Source: Phaeosaccion multiseriatum
Lineage: Eukaryota > Protista > Ochrophyta, other classes
NCBI GenBank assembly: GCA_965112735.1
Contig: OZ218964.1
Coordinates: 682,001 to 746,000 of the forward strand
Direction: 5' to 3'
DNA length: 64,000 bases
Shown here: positions 50,033 through 62,900 of the stretch, in pieces
How positions within the stretch are numbered: the first letter of the stretch is position 1
How the letters are laid out: each line of letters opens with the position of its first letter
Made by a program: the position numbers and the translations under genes
Notes under the pieces: generated by a model
Told to the model about the DNA's origin: nothing
Databases searched by the model: none
What the model saw: only the letters and a program-made list of their open reading frames with translations

Positions 50033-52909
50033 TGTCATGAATTCATGAAGGTGGTTTCCGAGTACTCGCGTCTCCTCAGGCAGAGCGCAAGAGGCTATTA
50101 TCGGGACGATGTGCTCAGTGCCAGGCCTGCACTTCGCCTCCACGCCGAGTGTCAGCTCATATTCAGGTAGCGAGAAAGGGGGGAGGAGGAGGAGGAGGAG
50201 GAGGAGGAGGAGGTGATTTTCTTCCATTCACTGCGTGTCCCCCTCCCGATCCATTGCCATCCCCCGTGCCTTTGCTGATGCCCCCCCCCGCCCGCCTGCC
50301 CTCTCTCCCTCCCCGACAGACAACTCCACCGCAACATAGCGGCCACCATCCCGGGCTTCAATGATAACGGCTTTGGGGAACGTCTGGCGCTCGAGATGCA
50401 GGCCCTTCGAGGGAAGGAGATGCCCGGCTTCCTCAACCATCAGGTCTGTGAGTGAGTGAGTGAGTGAGTGAGTGAGTGAGTGAGTGAGGGAGGGAGGGAG
50501 GGAGGGAGGGAGGGAGGGAGTGGGCGAGGAGTGGATGGTGGGTGATGATAGAGAGAGAGCCAAAGAGAGAGGGTGAGAGAGGGATGGGTGGTGAGAAGAG
50601 GGAGGGAAGAGGGAGGGAGGGAGGGAGGGAGAGTGAGGGATTGGAAGAGGAAGAGGAATGGACGGGGGGGGGGGGAGAGTAAGGGAAGGAGAGTTCAGAC
50701 AGACAGAGAGAGAGAGGAGGGGTGGTGATGGGATGGGTGATGGGATGGGTGAGAGAGGGTTGGAGAGAGAGAAAGAGAGAAGGGGGGAGGGGAGAGGGGG
50801 AGAGGGGGAGAGGGGGAGGGAGAGAGAGAGGGAGGGAGAGAGAGCGGGAGAGTGGGGAAGTGAGTCACAGGTGAGGGAGTGATGGTGATGATTTGGCATG
50901 TCGGTAAGACTATGAGCTGATAAGGGGCTAATAACTTCCATCCTGAACTTGAACTTGAACCTCAGGTGTTCTACGGTTTCATGATCCAGAACGTGGAGTC
51001 CTGGAGACCCGCCGTGGAGGTGTGCCGCTCCACGGCCGCCAACGCCACTCTGACTGTCGCGAGTCTGCTCATTGACACTCTCGCTGTGCAGTTCCCGAGG
51101 CTGTGTGGAGCCGTAAGAGATGCCCTGAGTGGTATTGTGGAGACACGCGCCGAGGAGGTGAGGAGTATGGGGAGAAAGGTGGGGTGGGGTGGGGGTGGGG
51201 TGGGTGAGGGCTGGGTGCGTGGGTGTGTGGGGAGGTACAGACGTGGGGGAGTGCTTTGAACACTTACGTAAGAAAGTACGAAAGTATGTAAGTTTATCTT
51301 CCTAGCGTCGTGTTCCAGGCGTCTTGCGCGGTGTGCTTGACGGTGCGTCCCACTCCCTCTCCCATCTGCTGCCATCCCCCCCCTCCAAGGTAAGCGTCCG
51401 CATCGACGAGATCTTCCAGAAGGAGAGCGACCCCTTCACCACCAACGAGGGCATGCTCGAGGTCATCAACACCATACGCTTCAGGCACTTTGACAAGGTA
51501 CTCATTCCACTTACGTCTCACTAAGCACTCATTCCACTTAAGTCTCACTACACTCACGGCACTCACTATTCTCAAATACACTCTAAGTACACTTAAGTAT
51601 CAGTGCCAGTGCAGTAGTACATTCACTCTGTGCAGTCAAAGAGTCACTGCTGTCACTTAGTTAGTCAGTCAGTCAGTCAGGCGAGGCGAAGGAGGGCCTG
51701 GTCACTGAACTCGGCACCCTCCCCTCTTAACCCCTCCGGGGGTGGGTCTTGGCGCTACCCGTGTGCTGCTGTATCACCAACTGCTGCTGTACCACCAACT
51801 GCTATCCACTGCCATCCCCCAGGCCTTGGAGGATGCCATGGATGCTGCTGGGGAGGAGCACGAGAGTATGGCGGACCTCAAGGCCTCTGTGCAGGACAAG
51901 CTCGGCGCGTGGTATATGAGGTAGGAAGGGAAGTACAAGGTGTCAGGCTGGCTTCGTCCTTCGTCCTTCCTTCACAGTGTGGTGATTCACAGTGTATCAG
52001 GACTGTGCCAAGTGTGATTTGCCGTGCTGGTTGGTTGGTTGGTTGGTTGGTTGCTTAGGTGATTGATGTGTTGGTTGGTTGGTTGATTGATTAATCACTC
52101 TGTGCCCTCCGCTGCCATCTCTGCTATTCTGTGTAGGAACCACGGCGTGGGCACGATGGCGAACGTGGAGGACATGTGCACCCTCCTGCAGGCGTATTGG
52201 AACGTCGCCACTAAGCGCCTCGTCGATAACGTGTGCATGACCATGGAGCAGGTCAGTAAGTCAGTACGTACCTGGTGTCAAGCAGTCAGGCAGGCAGTCA
52301 GTCAGTCAGTCAGTCAGGCAGTCAGTCAGTCAGTCCGTCGGTCCTCGCACCTCCCTCCCCGTATTACCAACACCCACAGGATTTCGTGGTGCATCTCCTG
52401 AGTGATGTGGAGAGCGAATTGTTCCTGCTCACCAACAGGGAGGGGGGAATCGAGGAGCTCTTCGTTGAGGACACAAGCGTCATTGAGGTAAGCGTGTGTA
52501 TCACCAACGTGTATGTTTGTGTGTGCGGATGCATGTGTGTGTGTGAGTGTGGGTGTGTGTATCTGTGTGTGTGCGTGTGCGTGTGTGTGGTTGGTTTGTG
52601 TGTTTGTATGAATCTGTGCGTGTGTGTGTGTGTATGTGTACGTACCTGCCTGCCCAATGCCCTTCTACCAGCGTGCCCATATGCCTTTCCATGCCCCTAC
52701 GCCCGCCCACCTGCCTGCCTGCCCATACGCCTGCCCGCCGTACGACCGGATGGCTCTGCCCCTGAGCAGAAGCGCAGGAGCCTGCAGGCCAAGTACAAGC
52801 GTCTCGGCAAAGGGCTCGAGGCCCTCATGCTCAAGGCTCCAGGCATTGTCGCCGAGAGGCCCAAGTCGGTGCAGTGGCAGGTAAGTGGGAGGGGGGAAGG
52901 GCGAGACAA

Positions 52910-52954
<45 letters not shown>

Positions 52955-53162
52955 AGTGGGGGGGTGTTCGTTCGCTGGCAGTGGTTGTGGGTCCAGGAAG
53001 GAAGGGAGGGAAGGAAAAAGAAGAAAGTGGAGCACAGCTGTGGCGTCCCTGCCTTCGCTTACCCCGCCTTATTCCCTCACCCCGCCCCCCTCCTCTTTCT
53101 GCCTCACCCCCCGATCCTCCTTCCCTTCGCCCCTCTTCCCTCTCTCCTCTCTGTCGCTCTCC

Positions 53163-53193
<31 letters not shown>

Positions 53194-55448
53194 TGCCTCT
53201 TCTCTCTCTCCCCCTCGCTCTCTCCCCTCTCCCTCAACCCCCCCCCCCTCTCCCTCTTGTCCAGGACGGTTTCGATGACGACGCTTTGCAAGAGGCGCGT
53301 GTTGCTGCCCTAAGCCTGGGCGGTGCGGCGCAGGAGGAGGCAAAGGTGGGTACAGCAGTAGCAGCAGTTGGTGATACGACAGCTCACAAACTAGCCTTCA
53401 CTCATCACACACACGACTTGTCTCGCTTTCCATCCCTCCTTTCCTCCTGCAGGCAGCAGAGGCGGAGCTGAGCAACCGTTTCTCCAGCAAGTCCCTCATG
53501 GAGGCGGCTGAAGAGAGGTCCCAAAGCTCCAAGTGGGGGGCAACAACATGGGCCCGATCCAAGCCTGTGACGACGATGCATGCAGACCCCGCTCCGGGCT
53601 TTGGGTCAGGGGTGGGAGGGGGGGGAGGAGGAGGAGGAGAGTATCAAGACCATTACAACCTTCCAGTGAGGTGAGGAGCACAGTTGAGCAAAGCATGCTT
53701 TCTTAGAGATGGGGTGATGTGCTGTGTGTGTTTGTGTGTGTGTGTGTGTGTTTGTGTTTGTGTGTGTGTGTTTGTTTGTGTGTGTGTGTTTGAGTATGTG
53801 TGTGGGTGTGAAGTACTGTGTGAGCCGAGACGTCTCGCTCTTCTCTCTCTCGGTCTCTCCCTCCTTTTCTCCCTCTCTCCACTTCTCTCTCCCTCTCTCT
53901 CTCGCTCTTCTTCTCTCTCTCGGTCTCTCCCTCCTTTTCTCCCTCTCTCCACTTCTCTCTCCCTCTCTCTCTCGCTCTTCTTCTCTCTCTCGGTCTCTCC
54001 CTCCTTTTCTCCCTCTCTCCACTTCTCTCTCCCTCTCTCTCTCGCTCTTCTCTCTCTCGGTCTCTCCCTCCTTTTCTCCCTCTCTCCACTTCTCTCTCCC
54101 TCTCTCTCTCGCTCTTCTTCTCTCTCTCGGTCTCTCCCTCCTTTTCTCCCTCTCTCCACTTCTCTCCCTCTCTCTCTCGGTCTGTCACTCTCCCTCTTTC
54201 TTCTCTCCTTCTCTTCCTCTTTCCGCCTCTCTCTCCCTTCGTCTTTCTTTGGGCTTATGTGTACTCATGTGATTGAAGTGGGGGGAGGGATCGAAAGACG
54301 AAAGACGAAAGACGAAAGAGAGGAAAATAGAACCCGGCCTCCTCTCCTCGCGGAGGGAAGGAACAACGGAAGGAACGAAGGAAGGAAGGAAGGAAGGAAC
54401 GAAGGAAGGGAGGACGGAAGGAAGGAAGGAAGGAAGGAAGGAAGGAAAGAAGGAAGGAACGAAGGAAGGAACGAAGGAAGGTGGTGGTCATTGTGGCTCG
54501 CTGCTCACCCCCAGTGCGGAACAGCAAGAGGATGGCACTCTCTCTGCTTTCTCTCGCTGCGCATGGCTTGCTGCTCACCTTCCTCTCCGCTCACCTCCTT
54601 CCGACAGGCCACAGCAAATGCAGCGTCTCTCTTCTGCTCAACAGCAGCAACCACAGCCCGCTCTTCCTCCGCCACAGCAGCAGCAGCAGCAGCAGCAGTT
54701 GGTGATACAGCCGGAGGGGAATGAGACGAATGTGCTCGTGGAGCGGCTGGTGGACCTGGGCTTCCCACGGAGCAAAGTCATCGACGCGCTTGCAAAGTGC
54801 GACAACAACCCTGACTTGGCTGCAGAGAGGCTCATGACCGAAAGCTTGGGGGGCGAGGGAGGGGGGGGGGGGGCAGCATCCGGGGCGGGGAGCAAGGAGG
54901 ATGGCAATAGCAGCAGCAGTAGCGGCAGGCGAAAAAAGGCGAGCAGCAGCATCAGCAACACGAGCAGAGCCCTCCCAGCGGACTTTGCTCAGCAGGCCTC
55001 CAATCCAGCGGCAGCTTCCAAATCGAGACCCGGGGGGGGAGGAGGGGCCTCCTCTGCCTCCTCTCTCTCCGCTTCTTCCCCATCAAGGGCCGCCGACTCC
55101 GAGCAGCAGCAGCAGCAGCGCCTCTTTCTCGACGCACAAGCCAAGCAGAAGCAATACAGCGAAGATGCCGAGCTGGCAGCCTTCTTGGCGGCCGGAGAGG
55201 GAGAAGACAAGGGTCGGGGAGCCGCTGGAGGGGCTTCTCCTGTGGGGGTGGGGGCGGGGTCAGGGGGGGGGTCAGGGGGGGGGGGGTATGAGAGAGGTGC
55301 GCGGGACAGCAGCAAGTACACCAGTTTGTTCGGGGAGGACACCGCTGCTCCGAATGGCGACGGTGGGAGAGGCACCAACATGACCACCACCACCAGCAGC
55401 AGCAGCAACAGCAACAAGGGAAAGCGCTCTCTCTTTGACGACGCTTAA
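47784..55448 (+). CDS. Mx-like dynamin-related GTPase with a C-terminal UBA domain
   Basis: 16 exons: 47784-47854, 48075-48541, 48719-48840, 49052-49414, 49748-49849, 50051-50166, 50320-50443, 50966-51157, 51390-51497, 51823-51920, 52137-52251, 52380-52487, 52770-52880, 53265-53345, 53453-53670, 54608-55448. G1 [30 protein letters not shown]3 DLPG, G4 [14 protein letters not shown], stalk [11 protein letters not shown]-like [17 protein letters not shown]: [29 protein letters not shown]. The last three exons are less certain. Confidence 0.85.
53830..54181. repeat. ~70-bp CT-rich minisatellite x5, intronic
   Basis: cggtctctccctccttttctccctctctccacttc recurs at 53851, 53921, 53991, 54058 and 54128. 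Confidence 0.9.
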
Positions 55449-56535
55449 CATTCCTCAGCCCTGACATTATGCCTTGGCTGCAAGCCGATCGATTCACATG
55501 CATCCTACAATAGGCCCACAATAGGCCCACAATAGGCCCACAGGGTGAGGTGTAAGAGCGTGGTACCAGTGGTACTTTTGTAAAATGAACGAGTCAAGAG
55601 GTGTGCTGTTGAGGGATGCCTCCCTACCTCCCTTCCTTCCTTCCTTCCTCCCTTCCTGCCGGCCGCATGTCAAGTGTCATAACTTCTGATTTGGTTGGTC
55701 ATTACCGAGAGATGTCACCATCAACACAAGCATCATTATATGTATTAGTAAGTAAGTTTAGGTTTCTCTTCCACACAGCAAATTCGTTATTCGTAATCCT
55801 CTCTATACTTTGCACAGCACAGCACAGCACAGCACAGCACAGCACAGCAGTTGGTGATACAGCACCGCACAGCTCAAGGCCTGAGATGAGGTGCACATGT
55901 CGAGCAGGCCTCTCCTCCGCTCCGCTCCAAGCCTTGCAATGCCTGCTACTCCACTCTCTCCTTTTCCTCCTCCTCCTCCTCCTCCTCCTCCTCCTCCTCC
56001 TTCTCCTCCTCCTCCTCCTCCTTCTCCTCCTCTGTTGTTCTTTTCCCCTTTTCCCTTCCTCATATTTTTATATAAAAATGTACTTCCTCGTTCTTCCTGC
56101 CCCAAGGCGAGGGTAAGCCGTGCGAGTAAGGCAAACAGAGCCTCTCTTCTCTTCTCCACCCCCCACCCTTCGTCTTCCCCTTCCCTCCTGACTCGCTCGT
56201 GCAGCGGGGCCGCAAAAGCAGAGCCCTATGGCCCTCTCTTCCTCCCTCACTCTCTCCCCTTCCCTCTCCCTCCCTCCTTCTCCCCTCCCTCCCTCCCTCC
56301 CTCCCTCCCTCCATCGCTCGGTGCTTCTCCTGATGACAAACGAAGAGGCACATGCCGCTTTGACTGGTGACTGGCAACACGTGTCTGCCGTCGGCCTTTC
56401 CACCGTACGACGCCTTCTCTTCCTCTTCCTCTCCACCGTGGACACGGCTTCAATCCCTCACTTCAACCCCTCCTGGCGTACAATGGGTGTCCCCAACACC
56501 CAACACCCAACACCTTGGCTGACTGATCTGATGAC

Positions 56536-59500
56536 TCACGAAGTCTGCTGCACCACCGGCACCGGCAGCTCTTTCTTGTTGCGGCTCGGTTCCTCCAGGG
56601 CCTTGACCTTCTTCGGCTTCTTACCGCCACCTCCCTTGCCCCCCTTTCCCTTGCCGCCGCTCCCCAACGCTGTCGTCACATGATTGGACGATGAGGAGGG
56701 CAGTGAGGGGAGGGCCGGGGAGGAGGGTAGTGCGAGCTGTGGTGGCCTGGGCAATGATGGAGGAGCCCCCTCACCGCCGTCACTGCCGCTGCCGCTTCCA
56801 ATATCACTACCACTGCCCAGAGGAGGGGGCGGTGGGTCGGAGGAGGAGGAGGAGGAGGAGGAGGTGCTCGCGGTGTTGTCATTGTTGTTGTTGGTGATGG
56901 TGTTGGTGCTTGTGTAGCCCTCCAAAAGAGGAATTGCATTGTCTCCGAGACAAACGTACACATCCTCGTCATCACTGTACGCGCGATTCAGACCCTGTGT
57001 GGTGTGGCGTGGTGAGGGGTGGGGAGAGAGCGCATGACGGGAGTGACAGACAGGACAACAACACGGGAACATGGGAAGGGGGTAAGTGTGACTACAGGCA
57101 CGCACACACGCCTTCTCGCACGCACACACACGCCTTCACGCACTCACGCCCACATACACACACGCACACACCCACGCACACACACACACGTACGCACATA
57201 CACGCACGCATGCACACACACACTTGCCTGATTGAGGTATGCGATATCCTTGTCAGAGAAGACCCCGAGCTGGGCAGTGCGCAACACTGCAACGAGGTCC
57301 TTACCGAACGCCAGGCTGTCCATGTCTCTGTTGAGGCGAAAAGCAACAGCAACAGGCCAGCAAAAGGAATGAGGTAGGACACAACACGTCGGAGGTACAG
57401 GTGCGTGGGAAGGCATGAGAAGGGAGCGAAGGGAGGGCGAGGGCAGAGCAGCCAAGAGAGTCACAAAGGCAGCGACAAGAGAGAGAGAGAGGGGGGGAGG
57501 GGGGGGGCACGCAGAAGCCCGAGAGAAGGTTAGGGACAACCAAGTTGGGAGTCTCCTTGCGCCTCTCGACAAACAAGTAAACCACCAGCCTCAAACTCCA
57601 ATGGACCCGACTGACCTGTTGCGCAAGTTCCGGGCAAAGCCGCTGAAGCCCGTGAGCACGCCGATCTTGTCTCGCTCCGTCGCGTCAGTGCGCAGGTGAA
57701 GCGCTGTCTCCGCCCCCGCCGTGCACCACAACCAGCTCATCTGTGTCAGCACCTTGCCCCACAGGAACGAGTAGGATGGAGCACCACCCCCCGACATATC
57801 CCCACCGGCCCCGTCCCCTCCAAAGTGGTTATACACGTCATCGTCGCCGTCGCCATATCCGCCGTAACCGCCGTAACCGTCACGCCCCCCCCCCTCGGCC
57901 TCGTACTGATCGGACAGCGGCAAGTTGTTGTTACCGTTCTCGAAGGATGCGGTGGGGCTATCTGGCCGCTGCTGCTGCGCTTGGTCCCGGAGAGTGAGGA
58001 GTTGATTGAGCCTCGAGGTGAGGGTCGAGCTCCCTCGGGGCCGATGCAAGAGACAGAACAGGGCCTTCTTGCCGCTGCCGCTACCGCTGCGAACGTTGTG
58101 GCGGGGCTGCTGCATCACCAAGTGCTCCCCATCCTGACTCTGACCTTGACCACCGCCCGCGCTCTCCACCTCACCGCAGTCTCCGGCCAGCCCTGCCTGA
58201 AGAGCGCAGGTCACGTGCATGTAGATTCCGCAGCCGTCGACAGAGCAGCGAGAACAGCCACTCCCTCCCCGAGAGCAGAGGCAGCACCTCGGCCCTTCGT
58301 CGTCAGCCTGTGTCACCAACTGCTGCTGCTGCTCCTGGTGCTGCTGCTGTTGCTGCTGCCCGCCGCTGAAGTAGGAATTCGAGCTCAGGGGGGTGAGAAG
58401 AGAGGACCTCTCTCCGTCCGTGGCAGACACAACCTTTGAATCGTCCTCCGCGCCTCCACACCCACCAGTCGTCGCCGAGAGGGATGCGAGCTTCTCCCTT
58501 GAGGCCCAGCTCAAGCAGATACCGTGTGCCCAGCGCGGCCCCTCACGAGGGTTGCGGGACGAGAGGCGTCGCAGGGACCCCGTCCGGCAAGGGCACAGGC
58601 AGCAGAAGGGCTCCACAGAGGGCTCCGACCTACTGGAAGTCAAACTCAAACTCGACCCAGCAGCGGCTGCTGGTGATACAGCAGCGGTAGTTGGTGCTAC
58701 AGCCGTAGTCGCAGTCCTGTGAGCTCTGTTGCTGTTGTTGTCGTTGTTGTCGTTCTCTGCACCACCGCCGCCCAGGTGATGGTTGGAGGAGGAACGCTCG
58801 CGTCGCCACAGACACACATCACACAAGAACGGGGGCAAGGCAGACAGAGGGGGCAAATCGGCCGAGCCAGAATAACGGCCGGCTGTCCCATTGGACCCAT
58901 TGCCATTCACAGCAGGGGCGGCGAAGGAGGCGGCTACCCCTGTCCCCCTCCACGCTGACGAGCTGCAGCACATCTCGTAGCAGATCCAGTGCACAAACAC
59001 AGAGCAACCCGCGCACTTCCACAAGCCTCGCGTGTCTCCTCCCTCGCACACGTCGCACACATGCCCTCTGAGCTCCACATTATCAACCCTTGCCCGAGGG
59101 TCTTCCCGCATCGCAACAATGTCATCGTCGTCGTAGAACTCGTTCTTCGCGACGACAGCGCCTCCCGTCATGCCTCTTGTTGTCTCTTCCTCCTGTCCCT
59201 CCTCTCGCCCTCGCTCCTGCTGCCCTCGCTGAGGCCCATCTCGCGGCTGGCATACTAGCGTGGCGCCGTTGTTGATGTTGTTGCTGCGACCTTTACTGCT
59301 GCCACTGCTGATGCTGCTGCTGCTGCTCCTCCTCCCGCCCATAGACTTGAGCTGCTGCTTTGACCTTGCCCGCTGCTGCTGGTGGCAGGCGTACGGGCTC
59401 ATGGGCTTCGCAATCTCATGATACATATCCTCCCCCCCCCCAGCTTCAAAGGCCCACTCCCTTTGTCTTGCTTCCTCCCTTGCCTTCCTCTTTCCTCTGC

Positions 59501-59895
59501 GTGCGTAGTCCTCGCTCTCGTCGCTCTCCCCTGCCGCCGTGGCCGCTGCTGCTGCTGCCGCCGCCGCCGCTGCCTTGAACCCAAGCACCATAGAGGCCGA
59601 TTCTCCGGGGAGCGTCTCCTCCCTCCCAGCCTCCCGACCACCACCAAGCCATTCACCACGGCGAGCGCCGCCAGACCCCGTCCTCCCAAAGCCCCTCCTG
59701 CCCCCTTCCGTGTCCTCTTCCTCGCATCGTAAAGAGTGCTCTTCCTCCCCTTCGCTCCATTCTCTGTCCCGCTCCTGCTGCCTCTCTTCCCTTCTCTCGT
59801 CATATCTGCCTGAGGTGTCCGCCTGCTCATCACGGTATAATCCGTCGCGCCGCTGCGCACCGCTGAAATCGCAGTTGGGAGGGCACTTCCCCCTA

Positions 59896-59927
<32 letters not shown>

Positions 59928-62900
59928 GGTACCCGTCTCCTCAGCCCCATACTCCCAGGCCTCGGTCCGGGCTGTTGCAGTCGCCTTGTTCTTCTTTTCA
60001 ATGGCATGCCTGGGACACAGAGCCACCCACGTGTCCGGATTGTTTCTGTCGGGCATGCTCAAGGCGGCCCCCCCACCTTTCGCGCAAGTGACGTGGAAGC
60101 AGGCGCAACATTCGTTGCACTGGACGAGCCCCCCCTCTCCTCTAACGCAAAACACACACTTCCTCGAGGAGCGAGGAGCTCCCCCCCCGCCCCCCCCTCC
60201 GGAAGCGCGTGAGCCCGAGCCGGCTGTTCCTCCTCCTCCTCCTCCTCCTCCTCCTCCCCCTCCTCCTCCTCCTCCTCCTCCTCCTCCTCCCCCTCCTCCT
60301 GCTGCTGCTCCTGCAAACCCCACTCCTCCGTCATGGCCAGAGCCAGCGCCGCTGCCTCCTCCTCCTCTTCCAAACAGCTTATCCATGAGAGCGGCAGCGG
60401 CAGCAGAGTCACTTCGTTGGCGCTCCAGAAACGCCCTCACCGCCACCTCACCCCCCTCCTTCACCTCCAGCCCCTGCCACACGGCACATATGACGTGGCA
60501 CCAGGTATCGGGACCGAGATCGGTGGCAGAGAAGGCGCCCCCATAGCCTGGGCACAGGACGCAAGTGAGATCGTGCCTTCCTCGCTCGCCCACAGGAGGC
60601 GGAGCAGAGGAGGAGTAATGCGGGCTGAGCCCACTGCTGCCCGATAGATGGCTTCGGCCTCCAAGACTCGCAATGTCGCCAGTCTCGCTTCCGTTGTCGC
60701 TGTTGCTGCTGTTCCCAACCCCCCCCTGGCCTCCTCCCGCTCCTCGACCTAGTCCCTTCCACCCTCCGTACCCGCCGCCCCTCTCCCCATCCAGACTGCT
60801 GCAGCTCCGGCTACGATGCTCGTCCCCCTCCACGCTGGTCACCCCCATGTCGTCATCGTTGTGGTGATTATGGTGACTATGGTGGTGGTGGTCGTCATGG
60901 TGATGGTGATGGTACAGATTGGCCTGGCCGTCACTCGCCTCCGCTGCCCCTGGCTGCTGTATCTCCAACGGCTTGTCCCGTGTATCCAAGCTGGATGCTC
61001 GGCCAACAATGCCACGGGCACATGGATTACAAAACCAATCGCCCAGAGGAAGCTCCGCCAACCCGTAGCAGCTCTGATGCACTGCCACGTCGCATCGCTC
61101 ACAAAACACAATGTTATCCACGTGCGACACCTCCCCCCCACCGCAGACGTAGCAGTTGGTGTCCATATCCTCCTCCACCTTCTTGAGCCAAGCAAGGCGC
61201 TCATTCCTTGCCCGCTCCATGACTTCTTCCCACCGCTTCAGCGCGTCGGCATCCTCTGCTTCCTTCTGCTCGCGAGCTCCCGAACAGTCGTACTCTGTCT
61301 CCGCCTGCACCCTCCTCAGGAGCACCTCCCTGGCGGCGCCGCTGGCTGAAAGTAGTCGGTGGAGCTCCGCTTTCTCTCTCTGAATCACTGCGCCGAGCTC
61401 GCCAGAGTCCTCCTCCTCCTCCTCCCCCCCCGCCTCTCCTGTCGCATTTGCAGTTTCGTCGAACTCTCCTTCGTCCTCCTCCTCCTCTCTCACACCTCCA
61501 CAGCCATTGATCACCGTCCCCGCCTCTGCATGTGCACCCCCCTCCCAACAGTCGCTGCTGCCGTGCCGTTTTGGCGATGCTGCACATGCTTGCTTCCTTG
61601 CAGCCTCCGCCCTAGCCCCAGCCTCACCCAACGGCGATGATTGTGGCTCTATCCAAGCCTGAAGAACGTCCAACGACCACACAATGGCAGCCGTAGTCGC
61701 AGCGGCAGGTGGTGGGAACAGCCCCTTCCTCTCCTTCTCTCCCGCCCAAGCCCCCGCCGCGGCGAGGCTGGCCTTCCTCTTGACTCCAGGACTCCTTGTC
61801 GACTTCCGAGCCGGGCTACTGCTGTTCATGCTCCTGCTGCTGTTAGTGCTACTGCCGCCGGACTTGGTGGGCGTGGAGGGGAGAGGCCGGACCCCTTCTG
61901 CACTCCTCGACAATGATGGTGATGGTGCTGATGCTGATGATGATGATGACGAGGAGGAGGAGGTTGATGATGTAGCCCTCGCCGCGCCGCCGTGCCCCCG
62001 GCTGCTGCAGCCACAAGGGGGTGAACACCCGGGAGGCGAGCACGCCCCCTCCCCCAGACCGGCTGTCTCCCCACACACGTCCTTCATCTCACCCCCATCC
62101 ACTACCATCTCACCATCCAGGATCCTCGCACGCAGGGAAAAAGCCTTCTTCAGCTTGCAATTGGTAAAGACGTCCTGCCGCCGCTGGGTGGGGGACAGCT
62201 GCTGCTGCTTCATGTTCCACCGCTTCCTCTTCTTGGAGACACTCCCTGTCCCGCCTGCCCCTACCATCCCCTCCGGCTGCGTCTTGCTTCTACTGCTTGG
62301 GTCATGGAGAAAGCGGCAAACGGTTCGCACCACTGCCACGTGGTCGCCCTCCTTCTCCTCCTTCTCCCCCCCTTTCTTCTCCTTTTTCTTCCTCTTCTTC
62401 TTCTTCGCCTCCTTCTCCTCCTCCTCCTCCTCCTCTTCCTCCTCGTCCTTCTCCTTCTGCTGCTCCTCCTCCTGCTCTCCAACCTCCAGCCCGGCAGCAG
62501 CAGAAGCGTCTGACCTGCTGGCTGCTTCCTGTTGGCGCCTCCCTGCCCGCCTGGACTCTCGACTTGGCTCAACGGAGTCGCAGCAGTCTCCTCCTGCCCC
62601 ACTCAGCACACCCCGAGAACAAGAGTGACGAAAGGCTGCCCTTGCCGCGGCCGCTGCCGCTGCTGCCATTCCCCCCAGGAATCCGTACGAGCCTTCTGAC
62701 ACCGGTGCTGCTGACTGGAGAGCAGCAGCAGGAGGCGGCGTGGAAGGAGTAGACGCGATGGTACGCTTCCTCGGGTCCTTTGCACCAGCACCAGTGCCGG
62801 CCCCGTCGGCTTCTGTGGTGGTACTGCTGTCTCCCCGCCCACCACGGGTATGGGCATCACCTTGCACTCTCGAGGTGGTACCGGTGCCGGTGGCCCACCG

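Noticed and set aside
57415-57699. Plus-strand ORF ending MDPTDLLRKFRAKPLKP...
   Set aside because: It overlaps the minus-strand PHD gene's exon end and intron, which have a strong donor and an in-frame continuation.
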